Position numbers and translations under genes: made by a program. Below the pieces are notes generated by a model that saw only the letters and a program-made list of their open reading frames with translations, ran no database searches and had not been told where the DNA came from. Shown piece by piece: positions 25,076 through 39,930 of a DNA stretch of 64,000 nt (within the stretch, counting starts at the first letter, position 1; each line of letters begins with the position of its first letter). This DNA comes from Antedon mediterranea (taxonomy: Eukaryota; Animalia; Echinodermata), in the NCBI RefSeq assembly GCF_964355755.1, contig NC_092677.1, positions 11,306,101 through 11,370,100 of the forward strand. The letters run 5' to 3'.

Positions 25076-25440
25076 GTTATTTTTTATTTATTTATTTTTT
25101 ATTTAATTTAATTTTATGTCTTTAGGCAATGTGGCCAAGGATTACCAATAGTGAATTAATCACTGTCCTATCAGATAGGTGGTAATCCCCCTGATACAGG
25201 GGCTATTGTGTGAACCAGTTCACCGGGGTAACCCCCTACTCTTTTTCGAATAATGAACTGGGTTCTTTAAAGTACACACAGGTTATAACTGTGTACACTG
25301 GAAATACGGTTTATAGTCCTTATCCGAGAAGACTTGTTCCACCACCAGAACTAGGAGCGAGTCGGCCTCGAACCCTTGCCGATGTTGTTGTTGGCTCTTT
25401 AGGTACGGTAAACGGCGCCCCTGCCTTAACAGCTCGGCCA
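25076..25440 (-). mobile_element. Near full-length tRNA-derived SINE with Deu/Nin-like core and A-rich tail
   Basis: Minus strand: TGGCCGAGCTGTTAAGGC (A box), GGTTCGAGGCC (B box), CTCGGATAAGGACTATAAACCG, TTAAAGAACCC, CGAAAAAGAGTAGGGGTTACCCCGGTG, then an (AAAT)n-like tail. Confidence 0.8.
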
Positions 25441-25475
25441 TATATTGAATTGTATTGTTTTTTAACTTTCTGTTA

Positions 25476-25635
25476 AGTGCTGTCTACACTTTCAAACTTT
25501 ATGTGACAAAAAAATGTGATGTGCGTATATATGGACATGATAATGTCATATCACTACCATATTTTAGCATATCACTACCATATTTGGGCACATCACACTT
25601 TTTTGTCAAACTAGTTTGATAGTGTAGACAGAGCT
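25476..25635. mobile_element. MITE family A copy
   Basis: Same TIRs and CATATCACTACCATATTT internal repeats. Confidence 0.85.
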
Positions 25636-28600
25636 TGAGCGATTCATGTTCAGAAAAACATGGATTGCACATTCCACCAAAAAATAAAAATCGACAATTT
25701 AAAAAATAAGAAATTTGTCTTACAGACGAATAATTTTCTGGTCATAGGCCTAAATGAAATTGTGAGGAGAGCAACACATATCAAACAGGTTACTGTAGAG
25801 ATATATATCTCAGATTGATTATAGGCTTAAATATTTCATTGGCATAATAAAATATGAGGAATTAAGATTTCTGCTCCAACCTTGAAAATTTATCCATAAC
25901 CATTAACAAAATACTGTTGTTGTAATTACCTATATTGGTAGGATCTGATAATTATATTGTCAAATATTACAACATTGTTGTAAAAGTAGTACAGTACTTC
26001 AACTTGTTTTGGTTTTTTTATACCTAAAAACTACTTTATGGTTTTACTATATAGGGAGATCTGCTTTGACAGAAAAACCAATAGGTGTACATTAATAATG
26101 TATTATTTATTATAGAAAACAACATATAATCACTAAAATAGCATCGCTTTCTGCATTTAATTTTAATAATATTTTTATAACGATCATATTAAGTAAAAAT
26201 ATTAAATAGCCTATCATTGAATTTATAACATTACTAACTGTATTACCCAATAAACTAATTTTTTTAATCGAAATTAATTGTTGCTGTGTTGTTAAACGCT
26301 TAAATGTAACTGGGTGGAAGACTTAGAGAGTTTGTTGGCTCCCTGCTGCAACCTCCTCCCCTCCCCTAGAACAATGACATATTTTCAGTTCCGTCATTAT
26401 TTAATTTTTTTTTACTATTACAGTATTTTTATTTATTTATTTATACTGTTATGATTATTATTTTATTTGTTATTGCTATATTAGACCTACACAGTTTTAT
26501 TATTATTTTAGTTAAAATATGACAAAAATAACTACCATACTGCAATTTGAATTCTGTTTATTATCACAGTTGCTGGAATTCCTTTCTCTCGTTTATTTTT
26601 TCAGGCCTATGATTTATGGACTTTATAACATTAACAAACAAAAATCGTGCAAACTTAGACAAGCTGTATTATTTATCTCTCAGGTTCACTTTAATAATGT
26701 CCAAAATGGCATGATGTCAAAGGTCAGTTCTCGCTCACAGAACATTGTTTATAAAGGTAATTTTTTTTATTAATAAATATTTTTTTAAAGTACTTACAAT
26801 TGAATTGTTTTGTTCGTGGGTGATAAAGCAAAGGATGATAATTGTCACAACGTATGGAAACAGGAAATATGGAAACAAATCCGTGTAATGTATGAAATAC
26901 GGAGCACGTTTTAGAGGAGGATTAATATGAATACATTATTCCTTTAAGAAAAATACAAATTTTAATTTGGAGACGTTTTGATGAAATTATCATTTTTATA
27001 TGTTTTTTTGTGTCTATTTTAGCACTACAAACAGTATAGACAAGAGAATAAATAATATTGTATTTATAAACAACAAAACACTATACCTTGATGAAAAATA
27101 CACTATGTTCCTTTTCATTTTTAGGTGTAAATTTTCTTGTGCGTAGCACTAATTGTGGCCATTGATATCACATTATTTCGTGATGTAGTATTGTTATTTT
27201 ATGAATGGTTCATGAACAATAAATTACCTCATCATGGCGCCCTCAATCAGTTCTAAGAAGGGTGAATGAATGCATTGCAAGAATGTAAATCAAAACTTTA
27301 TATTTTCATAACCACCAAAATATTTTGTTATGGCTATAGCTTTGAAAATTATACGTATTTTATAATAATTTTGGTTATCAGATCGAACAGCGTTTGTATC
27401 TTTCATGCTGTTTTGGAGGAGATAGACTTTAGAGTAATAATACATTTCTGATTCTAGTATTATAATAGATTATTTAAAACATTAAATAATTTCAATGTTG
27501 ACTGCTTAGATTCTTATTATGTAATCAATATATATAATCAATCAACAATGTAATTAAGAAGATTGCATATTCATAATGAGTTTAATTAAATCTTGATCGT
27601 CCCTCAGAATATATTAAAAGATTGTCTTAATTAACAAAAATATACTAATTGGTCTCAATACTAAAATTGAGATTCTACGTTGAAATTAATTTAAAATACT
27701 TGATTATTATAACAAGATTAGGGAAATGCTGATAACACGCTGGTTTATTAAAACCATTGAGTTAAAACTCAAATTTCCCCATATTACAGTGCAAATATCG
27801 ATAGAATATAATTACGAATGTCTGAATGAATGGAATATTTATTTAATCTTCAAAAAATTGTTTGAATAAACAAACGAGATGATAGGATAAAGTAATTACA
27901 TTGGCTATTAAAACAATTGACATTAATGGGAAGGAAATTAATTTTCTCCATCCAAGCAGTTAAATTTGATTATAAATATATAATGGAGACCTTCATGAAA
28001 TTGCAATGATTGCTTGAACTGTCATCGTCAAGAAGTGCAATGTCTCTTTCAAAAATTATTTTTAAACAAAAGAAAATTAATCTCGCGTTACATTAAATGT
28101 GAAATCTGTACTTTACAATGTTGGTATTTGTACTGTAATTTTTTTTTTAAATTTGCAAATATAACTGATTGCAACATTGTTTTCCCGTGGCATTTTAGAC
28201 AAAAGATTTTTTATTCCGCTACTAAATTTTAGAAATACTGTAATAGACAAATTTATTTACAGCTAAACATAACAGTTGGTTAAAGGCTTTCATTTTTGTA
28301 TGTTGACATATTCTTCTAAGACCCTTTGATATTTTGTATTTTCAAGTAAAAGTTTAAATAATAGTTTAAAAGTCACTAAAATATTGGATTGAAAATATGT
28401 TATTTTATTTAGAGCTAATTTATTTTTAAAATAAAAAACTATTATTAGTATTACAAATATAACTGTATTTAAATCTAAACAATTGTTGACTATCAGCTCT
28501 CATAGTTGTATATTCTTCTTTGATTTTTTTCCTTTAACCCTTTGATTTTTTTACGTTCTTTTTACCGTAAAATTACAATAATATAATACTTTAGACACGA

Positions 28601-29479
28601 CTGTAAAATATTTAATTGAATGTATTATTTTATTTATAGCCAATTGATCAGTGTTATATCAAGTAACTTTCGAGTGTTATGTGTAATATGAATATGTCTA
28701 TATTAATAATTATTAATCTTCACATTGTAACCTAATATAACATTCATAATGCGATATGAAATCAAACCTTTTACTTATTATTTTTTCCCACTTCTTCTAA
28801 TTGCTGTAAACAAGAATGGGATGAATGACACACAAAATTCTATCAAATTTTCTTAAGAATACTTTATTAATGTTTTAATCTAAGCAATTTTACGCAACAA
28901 AGGAATGAAAATGAGAGTTTGCGATCCGTAAAAGCATTAAACAAATCAGCGATGGTAAACAAATATTTAAATGGACGAATGTTTGAAATTTTGTCAAACA
29001 AATTATAATCCTGTATCAATCATTTTTGTAGTAAATTAGAAATAATGAAATTCTATATGGCCAGGATTTGAGTTAAAAGCATATATTCATCTTTATTGTA
29101 GATTTATTTTAAATAGTAAGAGAACATTTGGTAACAATCCTTTTCTTTCTATTTACAAACTATGGTACATAATTCTTGTTAAACCCAAACAAAGACAAAT
29201 TTTGAAACCATATCTTAAATTACACGTTTGGCATATTTTCTTAAGCTACAGTAAATCATGAAAATATTAATTTATTAAAATCGTTTACAAGCACATACAG
29301 TGCATTCAATTTTGGTTAATTAAATTTATTAATTAAATTCAATCAGCAAAGAAACTGCACATTCTTTAATTTAGATGTCGATTCTTGTATTTTTTGTGTT
29401 TAATTAATATTAACTAATTAATCCGGTGTGCTATTTTAGAATATGTATTTGTTGCTTCTACAAAAAACATTAATTCTTA

Positions 29480-29634
29480 AGCTATACACTATCAAACTTT
29501 ATGTGACAAAAATATGATGTTCCCATATATGGACATGATGATGTCATATCACTACCATATTTGGGAATATCATTATCATATTTGGGCACATCACGCTTTT
29601 TTTGATAAACTAGTTTGATAGTGTAGACAGAGCA
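29480..29634. mobile_element. MITE family A copy
   Basis: TACACTATCAAACTTTATGTGAC...GTTTGATAGTGTAGACAGAGC. Confidence 0.85.
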
Positions 29635-30348
29635 CTTCACTTTTGTGGAAAGAAACAGCATAGATGGTTATCTTATAATTCTAGGATGAAAACTTTTTAG
29701 TTCTCTATTGTTTTATGTAAGAAGAACGTATGTTTATCTATCGTTGATCGTTATCGTCCTATTGTAAATGAGACTTAAGATCAAATAACCATTTTCTAGT
29801 GCCACGCATTGTCACATGACGTTATTGTTTGATTTTACTCATAACTGTTATTGTGTTCCATAAAGTTGACAAATGTACTATTATTTGTGGCGCCTGTTTG
29901 TGACGGGTCATTGAAATTTCTTCATGACATATCTAGAATCGCCTGATTTGACTGCAATCAATATTAATCGAATGTAAATATCATTGTGTCGCTGAAGAAA
30001 TGTATCGCAATCACAGATTCATGTCACTTTCAAATTAACACCTGAAGTTTGATGTTAATAGAACTTTTAATTGTTCTGTTTTTATATAGGTGGATTGATC
30101 ATTTTGAATAGTTACATTTAACTCCTTTCAGTTTCAATATATGTATTGTATGTAAATGAAATTGATACTTTAGCAGTAATTTGCACTTTTATGTAAAAGC
30201 ATACAGTTTAAAATCTTCAAATAATGAATGTTTAATGAGTGGAATAGAGAGAAGATTTTCATGAGTTGAAAGATGGACTTTATTTAACATGATTATCTCT
30301 GAAATATTTGGTGGTCTCAGTCAGAATATGGCAACAAAGTAAAATCTT

Positions 30349-30478
30349 ATGCCTACACTATCAAACTTTATTTGGCAAAAAGATATGATGTGCGCATATA
30401 TGGACATGATGATGTCATATCACTACCATAATGTGGGCACTTTTTTTGTCAAACTAGTTTGATAGTGTAGACAGAGCT
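30349..30478. mobile_element. MITE family A copy (internally deleted)
   Basis: CTACACTATCAAAC...GTTTGATAGTGTAGACAGAGCT. Confidence 0.8.
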
Positions 30479-31982
30479 TTAGGCCGCTATGTAATTCCTT
30501 TCAGTATCAATGTGTTCAGACAATCTCTGCTGAATGGCGCAAACATTAGACTTCTCTCTGTGGATATAATGATGTCATTACACCAAGTACGAACAATCAC
30601 CAAATGAGAAACTGCTTTTATTTGGAGTAATAGGCTGACCTTTGTTTAACAAAGTACCAAAGCTGGTGTTGTAGAAAACCAAAGTTCTTTTGGGATTTTT
30701 CATAGAAACAGGCCTTTACGGTATTAATAGATTTTGCAGTTTTTATTTTCTCAGTTTGTTACAGTAGTATTACTAAATGCTGTTATTCAAGTTTATCCAT
30801 TGTAAACAGTGTATCTTACATGTTGATAAAAGAGGGAATAATTGCTAGTAATTTTAGGAAATAAGAATTGTAAAGATAAAGGCAAATCAACTATATGATG
30901 TACATAGTGATGGATCTGTAAACGCATCACTGACTATCAACTTTAAAAACAAAATGTTGATTAAACTTGTTTTTACTTTTTTTGTCTAACCGACATCTAG
31001 GCAAGTCACCCATAAGACAGGTATCCATCGTTTATGGCTGATTTTGTTGGCCCCACGATATTTTGATGAGTAGAAGAGATTATTTCAGTATTAATGCAGT
31101 GTAAATTAGGGGTTAGTTTAATTTAGTAAGGGTTAGGTTAATTAGGGGGTTAGGTTGATTATTTGGATAGATCGAGTATTTAAACTTTTGTGCAACTGTA
31201 TAATGTACCACGTTATGCATTATACAGTTGGTACTCCGTGGAATATGCAGATCCTACATTGGCGCAATCACCTGTACAATCTTCCAGTACCAAAAATTAT
31301 TGAAAGACTAGATATTGAGAAGAGCAATCTGTTAATAAATATGTTGAAATATTATTATTATTGATTTTTCATTTAAATTTAGATACATTTTGTAGTGTAG
31401 TGACAGTGTATTGTTGGGCAATTATAACAGCATAAATATCATTTGAGTTTTTTTTGTGGATCCTACGTTAGTGCAATCACCTGTACAATATCCCAGTACA
31501 AAAAATTATCGAAAGACTAGATATTAAGAAGAGCAATCTTTTGTTGCCAGAAAGTTATTAAATTTGTTTATTTCTGCTGCCTTGGCGCAGAATGGTAAAA
31601 AAACACTTATCTTGTTTATTAAGTCAATCAGTAAAGCAAAGAGAAAATGAAAACGTTATGGTCTCGACCATGTGAGAGAAGTAAATTGTGTCAGAGATAT
31701 GTCTGGCCTTTTGCGATACTAAAGGCGATGATGCATGAATTTCCCAAGCGATCTGAAGCCACAAGGCATTCAATCAGACTTACAATTGTAACATAGATAT
31801 GAAATAAATATTGTATTAAATTAATCAATGTAAAAAAAGCAGTTTCGTGACAGTTTATAGTCTAAGAGGTCTGGGTATGGAATTTGGAGGGTGGGATTAT
31901 AATTGAATTGCATTAACAATGAATTTATTATGTATTATATACTTCTATGATTTACCAAATTAATTTAGTGTAAATTTTCATG

Positions 31983-32011
31983 ATATTATTATTATTATTA
32001 TTATTATTATT

Positions 32012-32064
<53 letters not shown>
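31983..32064. repeat. (TTA)n microsatellite
   Basis: About 26 TTA units with one interruption; explains the poly-Leu ORF. Confidence 0.95.
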
Positions 32065-32065
<1 letters not shown>

Positions 32066-32068
32066 CTC

Positions 32069-32142
32069 CAGAGGCGTAGGCTGGCTGCTGTCTCTCTGGG
32101 TGTGCAAAAAAGTTGTAAATGCGGAACTAACTTACGCCCCTG
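32069..32142. mobile_element. Very short hAT-like MITE remnant
   Basis: TIRs CAGAGGCGTAGG / CTTACGCCCCTG. Confidence 0.5.
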
Positions 32143-35100
32143 TATTCAGTGATATGTGGTAATTGATTATTTTAAAAATTAATAAATAAAAAAATTAATT
32201 AAAAAATGGATAAATTAAAATTATAACATGCCTACAATTTACTCAATATGTTTTTTTAAATACAGCAATAATAACAAATTAAAATGCTGCTATAAATTTT
32301 CTACATCTCTGATTTATAGTTCATTCGATAAAAACAAGTTGCAATGATATAAAAACAAGGATAAAAAATGACAAAATTGATATATTTCCTTTACACTGTA
32401 ATAATAATAAAATGATACAGAATTTATAATAGTTGATACCTGGTTAAAGATGTATTTTTTGCAGGTGTTTTAACTGCGTCTCGGTGCACGTGTTCTTGTA
32501 CACTGCCAACGGACAGAACTTGTATATAAATATCATCTGGCAGTTTTTCGTGTCTAATCAATCATAATACAGACGATTTTTCCAATATTTTTGTTGTTGT
32601 CATTTCATATCAAACGAAAGGTGTGAAAACAAATTGCATTTTAGTATTTACAATTTATATAAAACACGTTTCATCTTTTGTTGGTGAATGGAGTTGGCAC
32701 TGCATTACATTATTGAGAGTTTGTTTAAATTGTTTTGTGCAAGAAAACAGAATTAAATTAGTTTTTCCTCATACTACTACTTAATTTGTGTTAGGTTTTG
32801 ACATAAATAGTGCCTTCTAATGTTTAATGGGCTGAATATTGGTGTTGGAAAATAAATAACGAGAGAAGATGACGATATACCAGCAACATACTCTGTGTAG
32901 AGCAAGTGAGAAATATTTGATTGATGGGTACGGATTTTTCTTGCCTTTTTCTTGTTTCATTTGATGAAAATGAGTTATGATTTGGCTTCGGGTGGTGCTT
33001 ACGAAGAATGCTAAATCTGATAGATTTTCGTCTCAATTCTTGTCAAACAGAAATACCTTCGTGGCCTATATTCTGTTGCTTTAAATGACCATAGAAAGAC
33101 ACCTAGTATATAGTCAATATCGAAATGTGATGTGCCCATGGGCAGAGCTATTTCAATAGAAAAATGAAGGTAATATTTTACAGGCAATGTGGTAATGTTT
33201 GCAGGTAATTTAATACAGCATGTCAGAATTGATCAAAGTGTATATAGCGCTTACGATTTTTTACCTACAACGATTTAAAAATCATGTTTCGTTATAAAAT
33301 ACACAAATAGCATTCACAGTTCTTAAATGACATCAACCCAAAAAATGTTTTTTTTTTTCATTGTAAATTATAGACTAACAGTTGAATTTACACTTACTTT
33401 ATATTTACTTAAGTAGCAAAATATAATAGGAATTTCTAAAATGTTAAAACGTATGCTATTTTAAACTATATGCCTTTAGCTATTTTAAACTATATGCCTT
33501 TAGATAACTTTAATAATATTGATAATTCTAATGATTATGAAGTAATAGTAGAATCCTTCCTTTGTGAGACCCCTTGTCAGAGGACAGCCCATACCGGGGG
33601 ACACCCCTAATCGGAGACATTATCAAGGGGGACAGCCCATACCGGGAGACACCATCAAGAGGTATGAGGGATATGTTTAACACTAAAGCCAACCCCTTTT
33701 CAGGGGGCAACCCAGTTAAAGTCCCGAAAGTGTTCAAGGGTTTTTTTCTGTAACTTTTTGTTTTTTTCTTCAGGCATTGATCAAATGTTTTATCCAACTG
33801 TACAAAAGTAAAGTACATTTGAATTCTTGTGAAAAGTTGGGTAAGACCTACACCATGCCCATTAAAACATGCTGCTTTGTTTGTTTGTTTGTTTGTTTTG
33901 TTCGTTTACCACACAAATTTTAATACAAAGTAAGACAAATAATTGAAAGATATGAGTATATGTTCATATACCGTACCTCTAATTAGCTCTTTTGAGCCTT
34001 GATAACAAAGTTTTGTTGTATCTTTCAATTTGCAACCTATCAATGAAGTACCATGCTGTTGAACTACATATAGCATATTCGGTACACAGTATTCTTTTAA
34101 GTGTTTAAAGGAAAATAAATGGAAAAAGGGGGAAAACGGTGACGTCTTCTTTATTCTTTTTTAATTTTCTGGTTGACTAATGTTAATAATAGATTTCTAT
34201 AATAAGTTAATACAAAAATCAGAAATCACAGTTTTCAAATTAACAGTGTTTGTATAATCTGATTATTCATCAGCATACGCTTTTGATTATTCAGTTTTCT
34301 CTCGTGGGATAAAGTTGATCTAAATGCAATAAACTTCTTAAACTAATACCTGTCATTTTTTTGTATTTTGTTTGATCACGGGAAAACAATTCTAATTATG
34401 TAAGTTAAAAGATATCATGAGCTATTAAAAGGTTGTCATGGCCCACAGATTTCACTATTACAAAATACTTGTGAATTCATACGATTTTGTTACTAGATAG
34501 GTTTCATATTTTTCATGAGGTGGTTGTGTTCACGCGTTCGTTGTTTTCTAGCGCAGTGTATCTGTCATAAGCTATTAACGTCATGTAAAACGATACGGTC
34601 AATTCAATCCTGTAATATGCATAAACTCATCACACAGCCAAATAGCCTCCTTTTATACATCATTGATGAGCTATTCGCTTGGAGCTAAAACAAATATTTT
34701 AATAACCGTCTGAATTTCACAATTTGAATATCATAAATGCTCAAAGAATCGCACCTAAGTGGCTGGATGAAATCATGGCACAAATTATATTTTTCGCCTG
34801 CGTCTTTAATATAATTGATCAAATTTGTGTATGATAAACGAGCAAGTGTACGTAGTCATACGTAAATTATGATATAGCGTACTGCTGCTTATTATCATTC
34901 CATATTTTTCACATTCCATTAAGAAACTGACAGTTGATCTTATGTCTATATAAATTGTTGTAGTATTAAGTTCATTCGATTCTTCTTCAGATACCTCTAA
35001 GGAAACATCCTTTATATTTACGTGTCAGTACATATTCATACGTATTTGTTTGTTTCTAGACGTACTGATTTTAAACTACATGATTCTCAGATGAAGATTT

Positions 35101-36206
35101 GTAGAATATCATTCTTATTGTATTATTAACTCTAATGACAGAATCAATTGTAGATTCTTCTTTTAATTATATCATTTACATCTATTGATAATACAGTATA
35201 CCAGAAATTACTTTTTTAAATGCCATTCGAGTGATCTATATAGGTTACATGGGACTTATACAATTTAGACTAAATACAATTTTGGCAAAACCTTCCCTAA
35301 TATAGAACTGAATAATATTGACAATTTTGTTTGACGCTGTAATGTAAGCTGGTACAATAATGTTCCATAGAATAACCTATAGTGCATGATGTCTACAACT
35401 ACCCTATTCCGCGGCCAAAACAGGAGCGCCGTTTTCTTGCACGGCTTAACCTTCAACAAATGATTAAAAATGGTAACACCAACACCAACTCTAGATCGTT
35501 AGGTGTGTTATAAAACAACAAATGTGTGCTTTGTATTCGTAGAATTGGGAGAATATTTTTGCTGTTTGCTGAAGATGTCCTATTCAACATGCCACCTCAT
35601 TGAATAGATCAGTCAATATGAAAATATTCTCCCCATTCAACTCATAGACATTCATTATTTATAATATAACCGTTAAGAAAATCGATGCATGATTTCTTCA
35701 CAATTAAAATTTCAAATTTTTTTTACCTATTTAAATTTTTAGATAAACTAAAAAATATTTATTATGTTGGCATTTATGACTTAATATATGATGTCAGATC
35801 GTGTGTATAGAATCTATAAATGACATAGGTTGTGAATATTCGTCAGCATAGGAATTTAAGTGGCAAAAATTGCATGAAAGTAATTCATCAAATGTATGTA
35901 TAAACATTGACTTGAATAGCAATTATTGATCTCTATAGATACGTGAACTGTTCATTGACCATTTACTCGATTCCAACTGTAAACAGCGAACCGTCGCTAC
36001 TTCGTTAAATCTTATGTTTTGTTCGGGTTAGTTTTAGGTTATTTTTTGAATATATTAATTCACTAAAGAGATTTATTTTAAAAAGATTATAAATCTAGGA
36101 AACATGTTTTAGCGAGTGCATCAAATTGAAAACATGTTCTGAATATAGATAAATTTGTTGGCCATTCCCTGTAATACCCAAGTATTTTTTTTAAACATTG
36201 TTCTCA

Positions 36207-36366
36207 AGCTCTGTTTACACTATTAAACTTTATGCGACAAAAAATGTAAAGTGCCCATATATGGACATGATGATGTCATATCACTACCATATTTGGGAAT
36301 ATCACTACCATATTTGACCACATCACACTTTTTTTGTCAAACTAGTTTGGTAGTGTAGACAGAACT
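36207..36366. mobile_element. MITE family A copy
   Basis: AGCTCTGTTTACACTATTAAAC...GTTTGGTAGTGTAGACAGAACT. Confidence 0.85.
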
Positions 36367-37996
36367 TTAGGATTTATTGTGGGATACATGAATAAAAACT
36401 GTATCCTAGTTGGTCCTTTGCTGGAAGCATTGTAAAATCAACTACTTTCAACAATTACATAAATTGGATGTTGTCAGTGGCAGATCCAGGATTTGAAATA
36501 GGCCTAAAAATGGTAAAATGAAGTGCAATCTTGTTTACATGTGGGGGGTAAGGGTTGCTGTGTCTCTCCCTTGGATTGGCATGATTATATTATTGGTTAG
36601 GCCTAAATATTTATACAAACTTTTCCTCTATCGTTTGTATTTATAACATTTAAAATTTATTAGAACGATATTTATATACTAATTATTTTTAATTATTTCT
36701 TAAATTTCTAACTGTATAAGATTTTTTTTTATATATGGCCTCATGAAAAAATACAGTTTTTTAAATTTCAAAATAAGGATATATTTACTGTACATATTGA
36801 TTAATAAATATATATTGAATTATTTAAATATTGTATCAAAAATTAAGATTATTGGTGCAATATATGATACAATGTATGTATTTATTGTTACAATAAAGAA
36901 TTTTTTTTAAAAACAAAATAATGATAAATTACTGTACATATTGATTATTAAATATATATTGAATATTTAAACATTGTATATAAATGCTATGTATTATTGG
37001 TTCACCTCATACAATGTGAAAATTTGTTTATTGTTACAATAAGTAATACTTACTTAAATGAAATGTGACTAACATGTAGTTGTATTGTGTTCACTCATTT
37101 TTTTAAATGCAAAAAATTGACTTTTTTGTTAGCTAGAAATAATTAGGCTGCTAAGATTATTCAACATGCTTTGAAATATAGCACTCGTTGTTCCCCTGAG
37201 GAATACAGATTTTAGTAATAAACTATATATTTTAATTTAAGAGCATTCATTTTTATAACTTAATCCATTTATGTTTGTCATAATTGAAATCTTATCATGG
37301 ACCTCGTATAATAATTCCATCAAAGATTTTCTAGCAATAACTGGTTAATGTTGATTAATAATCTGACAGCTTTTATTTGACATGCTCTCGGGGCAATTGG
37401 GAAATATAAATTTTTATAAATTCCCTTTTATGAATCAGAAATTTCACTCTGTTCTGTCATGTTGGTAAATGAAATAGCATTAAATTGTCCATAAATCTAT
37501 GTCTATAGGCTTTTGATATTTCACGCCAAATATGTAACCGTTCTCCTTACTCGTGATAAAAATCCTTAATGAGAAATTTTTTCTGCGTGTATGTATTTTT
37601 TTAGCTGTTTAAAAGATACACATGTAATAACCATGTGATATGAATTAGCCGGCCATTACTGCGTCGTTATACATCGCAATTTCCTTTCACTTGGACGTTT
37701 TGATTTTATGGACAGTCGCATTTTCATTTATGACATCTTCAACCCATTCATTAAAATGCTACTTTTCAAGTAGGATTTAGCGTTGTCATGACTCTAGGAT
37801 TTTATTTCTTACATTAGTAAAGATAGGTGTATGATGTATGGGTTGCTGGCTATTACATGAGCCACACTTAAATGATATTAATCTTTATGTTTTAGTAGTG
37901 TCAGTGGCTGACCACAATGTTCTTCGATGTCTTTAACACAATATATTTAATTTGTCTTTATATGTATAGAACATAGCTATTTCATCAAACTCAAAA

Positions 37997-38400
37997 CCAC
38001 CACATTGAATATTACTGCCATATTTGCATATCACAACCACATTTGAATATTAATGCCATATTAACATATCACCACCACATTTGAATATTACTGCCATATT
38101 AACATATCACCACTGCATTTGAATATTCCTGGCACATTTGCATATCACCACCACTCTATTTGCATATTACTGCCACATTTTCATATTACACCACATCTGC
38201 ATATCACCTCTGCATTCGCATATCACCATTACATTTGAATATTACTGTCATATTAACATATCACCTCTGCATTTGCATATCACCATCACATTTGAATATT
38301 ACTGCCATATTAACATATCACCACTGGATTTTAATATTCCAGCCACATTTGCATATATACTGCTATATTTGCATATTTCCACCACATTTGCATATTTTGA
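37997..38400. repeat. 19-bp minisatellite with 38-bp dimer structure
   Basis: Alternating CCACATTTGAATATTACTG / CCATATTAACATATCACCA units, about 21 monomers. Confidence 0.9.
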
Positions 38401-39649
38401 AATATATATGCAAATTGTAATTTTGTGTTCATTTATTTAGATTATCCTTGATTATTCATGAACTTTTTTATTGTATTAATTCATTTTCATTGTTATATTT
38501 ATCTTCAACATTGCACTTTGATATATAGTGGTGTATGCATTTTTCATTAGAAGATATTGTATGAGTGTTGCACTTTGGAAATAGAGATATTACGGAAACT
38601 GCCTGCAGCAAAGCATTTGATATTTCTTATTTATTATATCATAGTCCTTTATGCTTCGTGCTTCATCATATGGGAATTTGTACTTTATGATTAAAGATGC
38701 TTGTTGAATACCAAGGAAAACAGATCACTATGTGGTAAATAAAAGACACACAAGACAAAACCTCTAAAAATGAAAAATGATTGGATAGCCTTTGGCAACC
38801 CTAAATCCTTTAGTAGTTTATGATGGTAATTCATAACATATTTTCTTTGAATGGATAAATAAAAAAAAGATTCCATTATCATGGTTGACTTTGCAGACTT
38901 TACACATGATTATTACCACATCCTCGGATAACTTATTCTTAATGGGCCTATGTCTAACAGACAACTTTACAATTGAAATATATTGTTTACATTGTGCTTG
39001 CTTAAGTAGGCTAATAAAAATAAGCATTTTGCACTTTTATTATGATATTTGGAGCTTATTATTTAGGGGTTCTGTTGGTAGTTAATTTTTTTTATTGATT
39101 TGTTCTGGCTTGGTTTTTAAGCCATAGATGAATGAACTTTGTGAGAGCCATGAGAGATGTTATATTCAATTAGTTTTTTCCTAGTATAATGGTGGGGTAG
39201 TAAAAATATTTTTTTCATTTAAGAAAATATTCCCCGACTGCTCATAAACGTTTGATCTAGCAGTTTTGATTTAGCAATAGGTTTATAGAAGGCATACAAT
39301 GTTTTATTTCATGTTTCTGACTAATTGGCAGCCAAATGCCAAAGATAAAATAAATAAATTACTAATATTAAAAATTATTGATAGTAATACTCTATAATAA
39401 TATGACTTAATAAAACTCGAATGCACTTCATATTTATTGTAAAATAAAACAATTTAAATAAAATCAGAAAGGATATAATAGAAAGATTTAAAACCAGATG
39501 TTAAGGTGTCTCACAAATTATTTAATAAAACTACTATCCACCCTATCTCCCCACCTACCTTGAAGATGTTTCTTGTGGTACTCTGTAGGCTTCCATGTCA
39601 GAATTTGTATTCTCCACTTATTATTCTCTTATCTCTTGTTGTCACACCA

Positions 39650-39930
39650 CTTCCTTGTGCTCTAGTGTCTTGAATTCAATTGTACCTTCTAGAATTTGTT
39701 TACACTTCGCTTCAATTTTAGAGGTTTTTGTTCTCCACTTCTTGATGTCACTCCCTTTGCTCGTCCTCTAGTGTCTTCAATAATGTACCCTCTTCCTTGT
39801 GCTCTAGTGTCTTGAATTCAATTGTACCTTCTAGAATTTGTTTACACTTTGCCTCCATTTTAGAGGTTTTTGTTCTCCACTTCTTGATGTCACTCAACTT
39901 GCTTGTCCTCTAGTGTCTTCAATGGTGTAC
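39650..39930. repeat. Tandem duplication, ~142 bp x2
   Basis: TTCCTTGTGCTCTAGTGTCTTGAATTCAATTGTACC... at 39651 and 39793. Confidence 0.9.

Noticed and set aside
31105-31160. Telomere-like TTAGGG variants
   Set aside because: Few and degenerate; more likely part of a dispersed repeat than an interstitial telomere
31980-32162. Poly-Leu signal-peptide-like ORF
   Set aside because: (TTA)n microsatellite
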